This document shows positions 49,813-63,812 of a stretch of DNA of 64,000 nucleotides, in pieces. Below the pieces are notes generated by a model. It saw nothing but the letters and a program-made list of their open reading frames with translations, made no database searches and was not told the origin of the DNA. Source of the stretch: the human T2T-CHM13v2.0 reference genome, Homo sapiens; NCBI RefSeq assembly GCF_009914755.1, contig NC_060929.1; one strand, written 5' to 3'. Position 1 is the stretch's first letter; each line of letters begins with the position of its first letter. Both the position numbers and the translations under genes were made by a program.

Positions 49813-50635
49813 AGTGTCTAAATTTCAAATGAGAAAATAGAGAGAAATTTAGACATTTGAAAAATGCCATTTGAAAATATATTGAAATAATGTAAATGTT
49901 ATAATTTAAAATCTAGAAATATTTCTGTCTCCATATCTGTAAAGTTGCCAAATACGTCCTTGAAAAAGCTTTAAACAATACTCAGTAGCAATAGCCAAAC
50001 TAGAGTAAAATAAAATCATACATAAAATTATTCTTAGCACTGCAATGTGAGATGAGATATAAAAACAAAAGTCTCCATTAGAACACTTACCATTCAGGTT
50101 GCTAGGATAGAGTGGAAAGTTTATACAACACAAATATTTCAGCACAAACAATCCCAGCATCTAAAGTGTCCTACTGTTAGAATACAATTATAATAATTTT
50201 TACTTCATTAATCTGCAAACCCAATTACTTTCATAAAATATTCCAACAGTTTCAACTTACTTCTTACAAACATCTTACAGTAATAGGCTGTTTTTTCTTG
50301 CAACTTCATGACTTTCATAAAACATACATTCATTTAAAAATTTGTGAAATAAATTAAATAAAGCTGAATTATCTGTAATCAAGTAAAACACATTATATCT
50401 TAGAGAATAAATCTAGCTAGTTATAAGTCAAAAATCTGGAAGACGTGATGGTCTCTACTATAGATTGAAAATTCAACATCTAGTGGAAAACGCAGGTGTA
50501 TTCCAACTGGAAATGCCTGTGAGCAAATCTGGAGAGAAGAGTAAGCTGTAAGACACAAAACTTCATTTTGCAGAGATTTGACATTAGCACACACTTTCAA
50601 GAAGCAATCAAGTTAAGCATTGTCACGAAATATAT

Positions 50636-51191
50636 CTGTTACCTATTGCTATGTAACAAAGCATCCCAATATTTAGTAGCTTCAAGTAACTATTGATTTG
50701 GCTTGCTATTCTGTGGTTTAGGAACTTAGGCTAGACTCAACAGGGATGCTTTTCTGCTCATGAGTAGAATTCCTCATGCAATTGTGGTTAGCTGTGGGTT
50801 TCCTGTGAGTTATCTTTTGTTAATCATGGCTCAGGTGTCTCACATGTATGGAGTCTTAGCCAGGACATCTCACTGATTCAACTCTGATCCATGTTGTCTT
50901 TAGTCCTCCAGTCCCCTAGCTTATGCTTATTGCGATAAGAGGGACAAAGATGCAAAAAAGCAAGTGGAAGTGCACACAGCTTCATGAGACCTAGGCTTAG
51001 AACTGGGACCCATAACCACCAGCTCATTGTATTGGCCAAAAAAAGTCACAAAGCTAGTCTACGTTAAAAAGGTAGGAGAACCTTGAGAAAACCTTTAAAG
51101 CCCACTTGAGAAAAGCTTTAAAGTCACATTCTAAACACATTGGTATAGGCAGAGGAATGTCTGTGGCCAGTTTTCCAAGTCATCTTCTACA
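50636..51191 (-). mobile_element. MLT1 MaLR LTR
   Basis: CTATTGCTATGTAACAAAGCATCCCAATATTTAGTAGCTT and ATTGGCCAAAAAAAGTCACAAAGC antisense MLT1 motifs. Confidence 0.8.
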
Positions 51192-51204
51192 GGAATATAG
51201 TTCA

Positions 51205-51363
51205 TATTCTTTCGGTTGTCACAATAGGGGATGCGGGTTACTTAATGAGATCTAGTGGATAGAAGTGGGAATGCTGCTAAATATTCTGCAATGCACAGGA
51301 AGGTCTCCCACACAAAAATTATCTGGCTGAAAATATCAATAGTACAGAAATTGAGAAACCCTG
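51205..51363. mobile_element. MER20 (hAT-Charlie MITE) fragment
   Basis: GGTTGTCACAA...ATCTAGTGGATAGA...ATGCTGCTAAATATTCTGCAATGCACAGGA...TTGAGAAACCCTG. Confidence 0.85.
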
Positions 51364-51460
51364 ATAGAAGGGGCAGGATTATACATTATTCTGTTCCAGA
51401 TAGATGATGAATTCTAGAATACAGCCTAGAAACTCATTAATTTAACTTATTTTGTGGTAC

Positions 51461-52311
51461 AGAAGGAAATGAAAATATTTCCCTCTAAAATACCAGGAAT
51501 TGTCGGGCTAAGAGGAAGGATAAAAGGCAGAGGCAAACTCTGCCCTCCCCTCTGCCTTTCCCACATAAAGATGGGCCCATTTGCAGCACTTACTTATAAT
51601 CTCGGAAACAGAACTCAGAGACAGTGATGCCAGAAGGTCTAGAAACAGGCTCTACTCTTCCCATAAATTTACCTTCCCACATATTTCCACCTTTTGGAAG
51701 CCAGAAGATACTGTCTCATTTGTCTTGTCACCATACAGGATTTATGACTGTTTCATAAAATACTATCTAAGCAAGTCTCCTAAGCCACTACCTTGAGAGA
51801 GATGCTTTTGAACTAAGGTCTTTTCCATTTGATGGGTACAGCACATGTTAATAAACTTCTATTTATTTTTCTTTTGTTACTCTTTCGTTTTCAGAAGAGT
51901 ATCTCAGCTAAGAACCTAAAAAGGAAAAAAATATGTTTCCTTCTGTATTAGTCTGTTCTCACACTACTAATAAAGACATACCCAGGACTGGGTAATTTAT
52001 AAAGGAAAGAAGTTTAATTGACTCACAGTTCCACGTGGCTGGGGAGGCCCTCACAGTCATGGCAGAAGACAAAGGAAGAACAAAGGGATGTCTTACATGG
52101 CAGCAGGCAAGAGAGCTTGCACAGCAGAACTCTCACTTATAAAACCATTAGATCTCGTGAGACTTATTCACTACCACAAGAACAGTATGGGGGAAACTGC
52201 CCCCATGATCCAATTATCTCCATCAGGCCCTGCCCTTGACACATGGGGATTATTACAAATCAAAGTGAGTTTCAGGTGAGGACACAGCCAAACCATATCA
52301 CCTTCCCTACA
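51461..52311 (+). mobile_element. ERV1 solo LTR (MER4/MER34-group-like), split by THE1
   Basis: Starts (T>A)GAAGGAAATGAAAATATTT, has AATAAA at ~51850, ends CCCTACA; 4-bp TSD GTAC at 51457-51460 and 52312-52315. Confidence 0.75.
51944..52300 (-). mobile_element. THE1 (B/C-like) solo LTR
   Basis: TGTATTAGTCTGTTCTCACAC...GACACAGCCAAACCATATCA; 5-bp TSD CCTTC at 51939-51943 and 52301-52305. Confidence 0.95.
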
Positions 52312-52599
52312 GTACTCATGGACATGAATAGCACATATTTACTATATTAGTTCTGTTTCCATCCATTTAATCACACCATTGCTATATTACAGACCTATTT
52401 TTGCTTCTTAAATATTCTTTTCTAAATTTTCTCATAGGCAGGAATATTTTGATAAACTGACAGTCAGTTTACTTTGCATCTGTCTTTCTTTCTTAGAACT
52501 GTATCAAGAAGGTGTTTCTAAGTTGCTATGTAATCTTCAAATTAAAATAGGCCCTAATAACATTCATAATACTTCATCAATTGGCATGGGAGGCTTTAG

Positions 52600-52960
52600 C
52601 CCAAACTGTGGAATTAGGAGAATGTTTTTGGAGAAAACTGTGTTCAAGTTGAGGCTTGAAAAAAGAGTTTAGTTTAACTAGATGTGGAATACAGACAGGA
52701 GTATTCTAGAAACATGAAATAACATATATGACAGTCCCAAAGGGATGAGAGTATGAGAGCCTTGAGGACCTCAGAAAAACCCAAGTGGTTTAAATAAAGT
52801 GATGGAAGTGACGAGTGTGGCAAGACAGCTCAAGATTATGTTGGAAATTTTGAAAGTATGTTGGGATTTCAGATTATAAAACAGGAGTCATTAAATGGTT
52901 TTAAGGAGGGAAGAGACATAATGTATTCATATACAAATAATGGCCCTGACAGCCACATTC
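52600..52960 (-). mobile_element. L2 fragment
   Basis: GGAGTCATTAAATGGTTTTAAGGAGGGAAGAGACATAAT is an antisense L2 motif. Confidence 0.55.
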
Positions 52961-53316
52961 TGTAAAGGGAAGGCTCTACGGGTGGAAAATGCAAGGGAAC
53001 CAATTCCCAGTTGTCTTCTAAATCCCATTTCTGCTGTAACTCTGTATTGATTGACGTGATCAATATACTAGAGCCAAAACTGTCATATGCATCATTCACT
53101 GGTTAAGTAAGTTGTTTTGAAAATAGTTTGTTTTAAGAAGTCATTGTTTCTTTATCAATGAAATTTGTTCTGATTTCTAAAATCCTCAGTCCTTGTTTTT
53201 CTGTATAATAATGCATAACCTTGTAAGAAGTGATGTCAGCATTGACCTCTATTCATAGTGTTGGAATTTTTTATTCAGTACAAAGAGGACATCTGATGAC
53301 ATTTATTGTAAATGTC

Positions 53317-53627
53317 TTTTTTTTTTTTTTTTTTTTAGATGGAGTCTTGCTCTGTCGCCAAGGCTGGAGTGCAGTGGTGCGATCTCGGCTCACCACAACC
53401 TCCGCCTCCCGGGTTCAAGCTATTTCAAGCTATTCTCCTGCCTCAGCCTCCTGAGTAGCTGGGATTACAGGTGCGCACCACCATGCCTGGCTAATTTTTT
53501 TGTATTTTTAGTAGAGACGGGTTTTCACCATGTTGGTCAAGCTGGTCTCGAACTCCTGACCTCGTGATCCGCCCACCTCAGCCTCCCAAAGTGCTGGGAT
53601 TACAGGTGTGAGCCACCGCACCCAGCC
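53317..53627 (-). mobile_element. AluS (Sg/Sc-like)
   Basis: Full antisense dimer; GACCTCGTGATCC variant; internal duplication of TTCAAGCTAT; long poly(T). Confidence 0.97.
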
Positions 53628-54029
53628 AAATTTCTCTTTCTTAAATAATTCTTATGCACACATCAAAATGGATTTTGGTTTTGAATCTATGAAAATTTAT
53701 TTGTACATGATTGGTGGCTGATTATGCTTTTGCCAATGTACATTTGAGAGCAAATGAATAAACACTCACATTAGTAATTGCCCCTGGGATTTTTCTGTCT
53801 GCTACTATGAATTTAATTAAATAGCAACCTTTTGTACATATATAATAAACATATACACACATACATATATACATATATGTTCATGTGTATATACATGTAG
53901 TAAATTTCACATGCATCATGTGAAAAATATATTTCTATATTATATTTCTACTTGAGTAACTTCACTAAAGCGTCTCAGTTATACATTACATAGTCCTTTT
54001 GAAAAAACATTTCTAATTTTCTTTTGATT

Positions 54030-54670
54030 CAGAATATATAACTCCCTTTCCCTCAACTCTTCTACTCCAGTCCCAGATCAAATCCTGTTGTTTTTCTCTC
54101 ACATATCTTGAATCTGTTTTCTGTTCTCTATAACATCTACCATGACTGAATGTCCAAACTCTTGAACTTGTCTTCAGTCTCTTCTTGACTTCGTCCTCTT
54201 CACATTCCCACTGGAGCCAGAGTTCATCATGCCAGCTTAATCATGTCCCGTTCAAAGATATTCATGAGCCCCTCAGCCAGGAACATAAGTACTTACATGA
54301 TCCGAACTCTGCCTCCCTCTTCAGCCTCACCTTTCATCACATGATGTTTAAAATGTATGCGCTCACAAGTCGTCACAAAGATAAGGCATTCACCACATGA
54401 TTTCACAGCACTACACCTATTGTTCTGAATCCAGAATGTCCTAGATTGTTTCTCTGATTGATCTTCAGTATGCTATTTGTGTACAAGTATCTCTCAAAAA
54501 ATTTCTTTGATCACAATCTCATAAATTAATCCTTTATTACTTGGAGTTATTTCTTTAACCATCATTACATTTTTGTATTACTTTGTTTACATGTCTAAAA
54601 CCTAATATCTTTTTGAGGGAAAGAGCATTATCTTACTCAGAGCAGAACATTCTGATACAGTCATATTTAA
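54030..54670 (+). mobile_element. L2 fragment
   Basis: AAATCCTGTTG...CATATCTTGAATCTG...CCACTGGAGCCAGAG pyrimidine-rich L2a-like sequence. Confidence 0.55.
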
Positions 54671-55039
54671 TGTGGACATAATGTTGATGGAGCCATTTGG
54701 AGCAGTCATGAATTGAAATATCTCTGTCAAAGTGCAACTTGACTTTCATTACTAAGGATCTCGTCCCCCTTGTTATATGGGATTTAAATTTCCATTTAAT
54801 AAAATATTACTTTCTCATATTTTATAAAGAAAATAATACCTGTACAGCAATAAATGTATAAAGATATCACTTTAAGTCTCTTAGAATTGGAAACTGTTCC
54901 TCCCCTCACATACTACTTACTTCCCACGGTGGACTTTGTTCAAATAACACCATCTCTGTGAGGGATTCTCTGCCAACCCTGTTATACATTTTGATAACAA
55001 CCACAAAGGTTCTCTCTATCCTCTTTCTCCATCTTCCTT

Positions 55040-55281
55040 TATTTTAAGTTTTGTTTGTTTGTTCGTTTTTGTTTGTTTTGAAACAGAGTCTTGCTCTTTC
55101 ACACAGGCTGGATGGAGTGCAGTCAGGAAATCATGGTTCACTGAAGCCTTGACCTCCCTGGCTCAATCCTCCCACCTCAGCCTCCAGAGTAGCTGGGACT
55201 GCAGGTGCGCACCCCCATGGCTGGCTAATTTTCTAAATTTTTTGTAGAGATGAGGTCTCACTATGTTGCCTGGGCTGGTCT
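55040..55281 (-). mobile_element. AluJ, 5'-truncated
   Basis: Antisense right arm plus partial left arm ending TATGTTGCCTGGGCTGGTCT. Confidence 0.92.
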
Positions 55282-55331
55282 TTTCCCATCTTAATATTAT
55301 CTTCGGTGCTTCCCAATGATATAATATAATC

Positions 55332-55357
55332 GTGTGTGTGTGTGTGTGTGTGTGTGT
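55332..55357. repeat. (GT)n microsatellite
   Basis: About 13 GT units. Confidence 0.95.
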
Positions 55358-55499
55358 ATTGTGTTTATGTGTGTATATTTATTTGTGTTGCCCTCTGTCT
55401 GCTAGAATATAAGTCCCATATGGAAGATAATTTTTTCTGTTTTTTTCATATACTAAGCTATCCACAAATATTTATTGAATAAAATTTATCTTAATTTTG

Positions 55500-56010
55500 T
55501 TTACCCCCAACACATAACTAGAAACACAGATTAAACACAAGTAGTTTATCTGAGAAATCATTCCAGGAAACACAGGTAGTGGGGTGAGTAAGGAAAGTAG
55601 AAAAAGACAAAAGACAACGGTAATCAAAAGGCAAGTAATCCAGCACGTTGCCACTGTGGGTAACGTCAGGTTCATCTGTTAAGTAATCCAGCAAGTTGCC
55701 ACCATGGGTAACGTCAGGTTCATCTTGAGAAAAAGTATAGAACATGTGCTTCAGCATTATGCCACTTAATGGTTGAGAGAACTGAGGTGTTCATAGGCCC
55801 ACTCAGTCTTTGGTTGGTGGTCATTGGTTGGTGGCTACTCCTAGAGGGCATGATTTTTCCTGTATTTCCAATTTACCTCATGGAAGGAAAGAAGGTTTTG
55901 GCTACTAAAGAAAATCCTTAGGAAAAAAAATGCAGGTAGAAATTAAGTTAATGCATTGAGAAAGTAAAAGCTGCAGGGTATGGGCAAGGTGCCATCAGCA
56001 TCTGCTACAG
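55500..56010 (-). mobile_element. Old ERVL LTR (LTR33-like)
   Basis: CAAGTAGTTTATCTGAGAAATCATTCCAGGAAACAC...CAGCATCTGCTACA resembles antisense LTR33. Confidence 0.6.
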
Positions 56011-58819
56011 AATTATAAAGAAGTCTTATGATATATGATATATAATGAATATTGGGTTGTCTATATATGTGCATAGTATATACTATAGTATATACAGCAT
56101 AGTGTATACATCAAAGCTTCCCATGTCTTTACAAAGAAAATGAAACAGATTTACTCTATAGATAAAAGATAAAATAACAATGAATTCAGAATTTCGCCCA
56201 ACCTATTTGCTTTAATGAATTTTCTATGCATGTTCTATTTGGTCCTATCCCATATTTAGCTCTAATAACACAAAAATAGGTATCTTAAGTTAATTAGAAT
56301 TACTAATCTGACCCAGAAGATGCTAAAGAAACTTAGGTTATGCAAATATTCTCACTACTGGTAGAGTTTAGGCCAGATGCTTTAATGAGCTCTCACTTCA
56401 TGAACTGCCTCAAAAGCTCCAGGCCAAGAAGACAATTTCTACAGAAATTGTGGGAAGAAGTTAATGAGGCAAAACAGGTAACTGCTGTAATGAAGACAGG
56501 AAACAGGGCTTCTAAACGTCTTAATATGACTGAACACACAATTGCATGTGATGTTATTTAATTAATATTTACTTTGGATGGAGACAAAATTGATGAATAG
56601 ACTTCATAAAATAAGTTTATAACATTTAAATTTTCTTTAAGCCCTAACACATTATAATGTAATTAAGGAATTCAGTAATAGTAATTCTTAACCATTTAAA
56701 AAGTATATTGAGTAAACCATTATTAAATCAATAATGAATACTAGAAATATATTTACTGAATTTGGAAAATGAATTACATCTAAGTACTTTGAAAGTATTT
56801 TCTAGAAAGCCAACAAAATAATCTTTTTAAACTTACTTGAGTTGCACTCAAAACTGCTTAAGTTTTCACATCGACATTTAATGTAATAACTTATTCTTGG
56901 GTGTTTTTATAGCAGCAACAATGCAGGATGTCAATTTTCTTGTGGCGCTGTATCTAATTTTATTAACCTGGATTTTTATACAAATATTTTCTAAGTTAGG
57001 CATTACATTTACCATTACTGATAAGTTTACAAATCAATTACAAACACAATAATATATAGAATTCACAAACAATATGTTCTCACTCGACTTTTTTTAGACT
57101 TTTTTAAGATATTAAGTTATTAGGGATTAAGTTATGAAGATCAGTTCACACTCTTTGTTAGATATAAAATGTAACAAGATACACTTATTTTCATTGATTT
57201 TTTTAAAGTAGGTATTACAATTTTTAGGAGATTGAACATCCTCCCTTTTCTTTCTCTTTTTTTAAAAGACTGCATTGTCATCATCATAATGACCTTTACA
57301 ATATTTTTAAGTTCACAAAGCTTACTTCAAACATGACAGTTACATTTGTATATATAAGAATTTATATTATACATTCATATACAATTTCAGAATGCCTGGC
57401 ATAGAATTAAATTTAGGCTGAGTGATAAACATATTACAAATAATGTAGAGCAATAATCAAACTATATTTTTTAAACCCAGTCCATGTTACAGTGATTCAG
57501 AGGTATTACAAAGTACACAGGAAAAAATAAAAAAGAACAAAACTATTTTATTTGACAAAATAAATAAAATTGATAAATATTTAGCAAGCCTTGTAAGAAA
57601 AACATTCCTTTCACAAATTGAAAACAAAATGAGTAATATGAATTAAAGCCAACAATTTTGAAAAATTGCTATTAAAATAACTTACCACAATTGTCATAGG
57701 AAGCAATCGAAATTCTGTATTTTCAAACTTTCAGTCTTTTCTTTTGTAGTTTTGAACTCATAAAGTAGACACTTATTTACTGCATACGGTAAGGTTAGTA
57801 TTCTTTACAAGTCGGGTTTTATTTTTCATGAGTGGGCCAAGTATTGAGAAGGTTAGAAGACACTTTCAGAAAATAGTTTAATTAGTGTTGACTTTATATG
57901 GTCCATGTGTAACAGAAAAAACATTTTTCTTTTGATAGAAGAAATATCAGGAAAGTAAAATAACACTCTTGAAAAGATTACTATCACTTTCTTTTCATGT
58001 CCCAATCTGAAAGAAAAGAACATCTTCAAAGAAAAATTAATTAAATATTCAATGCATCATAGGTAGTAAAATGTATTGCTAAAAGCCTTCCATTGATTAT
58101 TCTCTAAATGTCAGACACTATTTGAACAATTCTGAATAAATGCTGCCTGTCAGTTTGCAGGGCTTTATCTCACTCTCCAAAACAAAGGAAACAGTTATAG
58201 ATAAGTTGAATAAATGATGACATGCAAACTATGTAGTGTAACTTTTTAAAGTATCTTCAGGGCCTGTTGGGGGCTTTGCAGATGTGGCAGCCTCCTATGA
58301 CCCCTGAGGGTGAAAAAGTGGAGACAGTCAGGTGGGCAACAAGCTGAAGCATGAGCTGGCCAAATGCCAAGAAGTTTGTGGTGTTGAGGAAGCTGTGTGG
58401 ATATAGCCACATTCCTGGTAGCCAAGGAAAGTGTGATGATGTGAGTGCCCAGCAGAGGAGCCTACTTATACCTCACGTCTAAGTAGGCAGCAGTGAGGGG
58501 GTATCTGAGCAGGGGTGATGGAGTACCCAATAGCCAAAGTTGTGGGAGAGGGACTGAGCAAATACAGAAATACATCAAGGGTTATGACCAGGTTTGTCAA
58601 TGTTAGAGAAGAATCTACAAATACGGCATGTAGGCAAACTGGAAAATAACTGAGATGTTGCATTAAAATTGGAGGTATTATTGTAAAAGAGTTTTTATTT
58701 TAAATATAAAGAAATAGATATAGATGTATGTGTATGCCTATGTGTATAAATATATTTCATAGCTCTCTCTGCTGAGAGGATCTAGAAGCAATGATAACTC
58801 ACTAACAATGAGCACAAGT

Positions 58820-59033
58820 ATTTTTAATTTTTATTTTTTAACAGCCCTGATCTAACTGTATCCCCTTAGCTAAAGTGCAATAGTGTAGTCCTATCTCACC
58901 ACAAACTCAAACTCCTGGGTTCAAGCAATCTTCCCACCTCAGCTTCCTGAGTAGCTAGGACTACAGGCATGTGCTATCACACCTGGTTATTATTTTATTT
59001 TTATTTTTGTAGAGATGCGGTCTTCGTATCTTG

Positions 59034-59038
<5 letters not shown>
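58820..59038 (-). mobile_element. AluJ, 5' part missing
   Basis: AACTCCTGGGTTCAAGCAATCTTCCCACCTCAGC...TTTTTGTAGAGATG...TTGCCCAG. Confidence 0.88.
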
Positions 59039-59401
<363 letters not shown>

Positions 59402-59568
59402 TTATAGTAAAAAGACAACTAAAAGCTACAGGGAAAATAATGAAAATAATAATACACCATATGACAAGTATAATGGTGCTTGATTCACATATAAATCTAT
59501 GGATGCTTAGGCGGTGAGTAAAGGTTTGAGGAATAGCAGAATATTGGCCTAGATTTGGAGTATCCTCC

Positions 59569-60756
59569 TGATATAGTTTGGCTCTGTGTCCCCACCCAAA
59601 TCTCATCTCAGGCCATGGCATCAGAGGGTGCAAGTCCCAAGCCTTGGAAGCTTACACATGATATTGAGCCTGTGGGTGCCCAGAAGGCAAGAACTGAGGT
59701 TTGAGAACCTCCATCTAGATTTCAGAGGATGTGTGGAAATGCCTGGATGTCCAGGCAGTGGTTTGCTGCAGACACGGAGCCCTCATGGAGCACTTTTACT
59801 AGGGCACTGCAGAGGAGAAATGGAGAAATGTGGGGTTGGAGCCCCCACACAGAGTCCCCACTGGGGCACTGCCTAGTGCAGTTGTGAGAAGAGAGCCACA
59901 ATCCTCCAGACCCCAGAATGGTAGATCCACCAATGAGCTTGCACAGTCCACCTGGAAAAGCCACAGGCACTCAACACCAGCCCATGAAAGCAGCTGCAGG
60001 GGCTGTATCCTGCAGACTTATAGGAGTGGAGCTGCCCAAGGCCTTAGGAACCCACCTTTATCATCAGGGTGCCCTGCATGTGAGACATAAGAGTCAAAGA
60101 AGATTATTTTGGAACTTTAAAATATAATGGCTACCTTGCTGGGTTTCAGACTCGTATGGGGCCTGTAGCCCCTTTGTTTTGGCCAATTTCTCCCATTTGG
60201 AATGCCTGTACCCCCTTGGTATCTAGGAAGTAATGAACTTGCTTTTGATTTTACAGGCTCGTAGGTGGAAGAGACTTGCCTTGTGCCAGCTGATACTTTA
60301 GACTTGGACTTCTCAGTTAAATGCTGGAGTGAGTTAAGACTTTGGAGGACTATTAGGAATGCATGATTGTGTTTTGAAATGTGAGCTGGACATGAGATTT
60401 GTGAGGAACCAGGGGTGAAATAATATGGTTTGGCTCTGTGTCCTTACTCAAATCTCCTCTCGAATTTTATTCCTCATGTGCCAAGGGAGGGACCTGGTGG
60501 GAGGTGATTGGATCACGATAGCAGTTTCCCCCATGCTGTTCTCATGATAGTGAATGAGTTCTCACGAGGTGTGTGGCAGTTCTCCCCTCCCTCTTGCCAC
60601 CATGTAAGACATATCTTGTTTCCCCTTCCACCATCACTGTAAGTTTTCTGAGGCCTCCCAAGACTTGCGGAACTGTGAGTCAATTAAACCTCCTTTGTAT
60701 ATAAATTACTCAGTCTCAGGTAGTCCTTTACAGCAGTGTGAAAATGGTCTAATACC
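59569..60756 (+). mobile_element. THE1D/MSTA-like MaLR provirus with internal deletion
   Basis: About 41 bp of 5' LTR start, MaLR internal sequence ~59610-60420 (CCCCACACAGAGTCCCCACTGGGGCACTGCCTAGTG), full 3' LTR ~60421-60756. Confidence 0.9.
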
Positions 60757-61218
60757 CTTTCCATCAATTATAAATCAGAAAATGCTGTCTTTCTGATGGA
60801 GAAATCTGATCAACACCAAATTTACCACATAATTGAGGTTGCCAGCACCATTGGCAGAATGTTTTCTCCTGACGTAATTCCCTGAGACCAGCATTGCATC
60901 ACTTCCATGGAATTCCTACACACAATGTAAGGCTCCAGTTTGATTATGAGGAAAAAATCACATAAGCACAGCTTATACTTAAAAAAAAACCTGTCAACAT
61001 TTTGAAAGAATGGGGCAACTGAGAAACTGTTCCACATGAAAAAAGACTGAAATGACATGGCAAATATATATCACACATGATCCTGGATTAGATCCAGGAT
61101 CAAAAAGGCAAAAGAAACATTGTCCATTAGAATATAAATGAAAATAAGTGGAGAAATGTGAATGAGGTCTGGGAATTGAATGGTGGGGTGTATCAATGTT
61201 GTTCTCCTAATTTAGAAG

Positions 61219-61300
61219 TAGGGTGACCCCCTGTCCTGGTATGCCCAGGACTATCCAGATTTTATTAATGAAGATCCAGTGTCCTGAGAAACCTCTTTTC
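61219..61300. mobile_element. MER94-like hAT-Blackjack MITE fragment
   Basis: TAGGGTGACC...TGTCCTGGTATGCCCAGGACT TIR-proximal motif. Confidence 0.65.
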
Positions 61301-61327
61301 AGACCCAAAATATTCTTGTTTTGATTA

Positions 61328-61670
<343 letters not shown>

Positions 61671-62888
61671 CTACAAAACCCCTATCATGAGTCCCCCAAC
61701 ATGGAAAACAAAAGTAACACTGTTTTTGGTGTCAAATGAATATAGCACTGATTATTTGTCTTTCATAGTCACTGCTGCTGCTTTACCCCAGGCCACTAAT
61801 ATTGATAACGGGATTTATGAATCTCAATTATGGACCACTCATGGTTGCATCGCGCTCAACAATGTGACCTAAATGTGCAACTTATGTGGGTTATAATCAT
61901 GAGGTTAACAACTCATTCTTTGATGCCACTTGTGGATTAACTGTTGTGCGTTGTATCCAACTAGTACTGGTTCAATGTTTAACTTCTCAAATATTAGAAG
62001 CATATTTTGTAAGTGTTTATATAAGAAAAATGGAAATAAACACAATAGCAACGCCATCATGAAACATACCACAGGATACGAAGATTTAACCCTACTTTTT
62101 TTTAAGACAGAGGAACACATACAAATGGATCAGGCAGGTAGTACACAAAAGAGCATACTGTATAATATGTAGAAAAAAATTGGGACTGGGAACACTAGAA
62201 AAGGGTGGTGGAAGCACATATGGTGACTGAATGTAACAATACTGGGAAGAGACCAAGTTCTTTTAAATCAATAAAAACGTTTCATCTGGCAAAAGGACAC
62301 AAATTCTCAGTCAGAAATAGCAGCACTGAATTAACTCGGGCATACCACATTGGGCATCATTGTATCATTCCCTTATTGATCTATGAAAGGGAATCAGAGG
62401 TTGCAGCTAAATTATCTGAGGGTAAACAAAAGGAAAGATTTTGATAACGCATGAATTAGCCCTTTACAGTGAAGAATTGATTGTGTCAGATCTTACCAAG
62501 TATCATGCTTTCTATAGTATACCAAGTGATACATCAGATCACAGCAATAACAAAAATGTTTCCCTTAGCTTTTAGATACTCTGATTTGAAAAATGGATTT
62601 CAAATTATATTCTTGAATTATATGAAAATTGTAATACAACTTCAGAAAACATAACATAAAAAATTGCTAATACCTAGCCCAAATAAAAATTAGATTTTCT
62701 GCACCTATTGCATATTCTGTAGATGGTGCAAATGTAAATGTTTGCAATTTCTATTCAATGCATAACCTTCTTACCAAATGAAATTATATTTTCTTCTAAA
62801 TGTCTTACATACCTTGCACACAGCACTGCTAAAACAGGATTTGGTTTGTCTACCTGTGATGTTGAGGCTTTCATCATCCTTTTGATAA

Positions 62889-63252
<364 letters not shown>

Positions 63253-63444
63253 GAGATATTTGACTTTATAGAAATTGAAGGTGATAGCCTCCTTAGGCAT
63301 GTCCCAACAAGATGACTATCATCATTGCCATCAATAACAAAAAATAAGTAATTTATTGTTCTGTTATAGCACCATATTTTTCAAAATGTGGGACAAGAGC
63401 AACGTCTTCCAATCTGAAAATGCATTGAAAATAAGAATCATTAA

Positions 63445-63812
<368 letters not shown>

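Noticed and set aside
55633-55725. Direct repeats as a CRISPR-like array
   Set aside because: Only two units with a 3-bp gap, in primate DNA with no cas genes.
56073-56095. AT-rich palindromes (also 4059-4080 and ~53905-53925)
   Set aside because: Low-complexity TA-derived symmetry, expected by chance.
59586-60127. Overlapping GC-rich ORFs
   Set aside because: Lie within MaLR internal sequence; short and disrupted.
61687-62444. Cluster of short ORFs in unique sequence
   Set aside because: No recognisable protein similarity, codon structure or convincing splice-site pairs.
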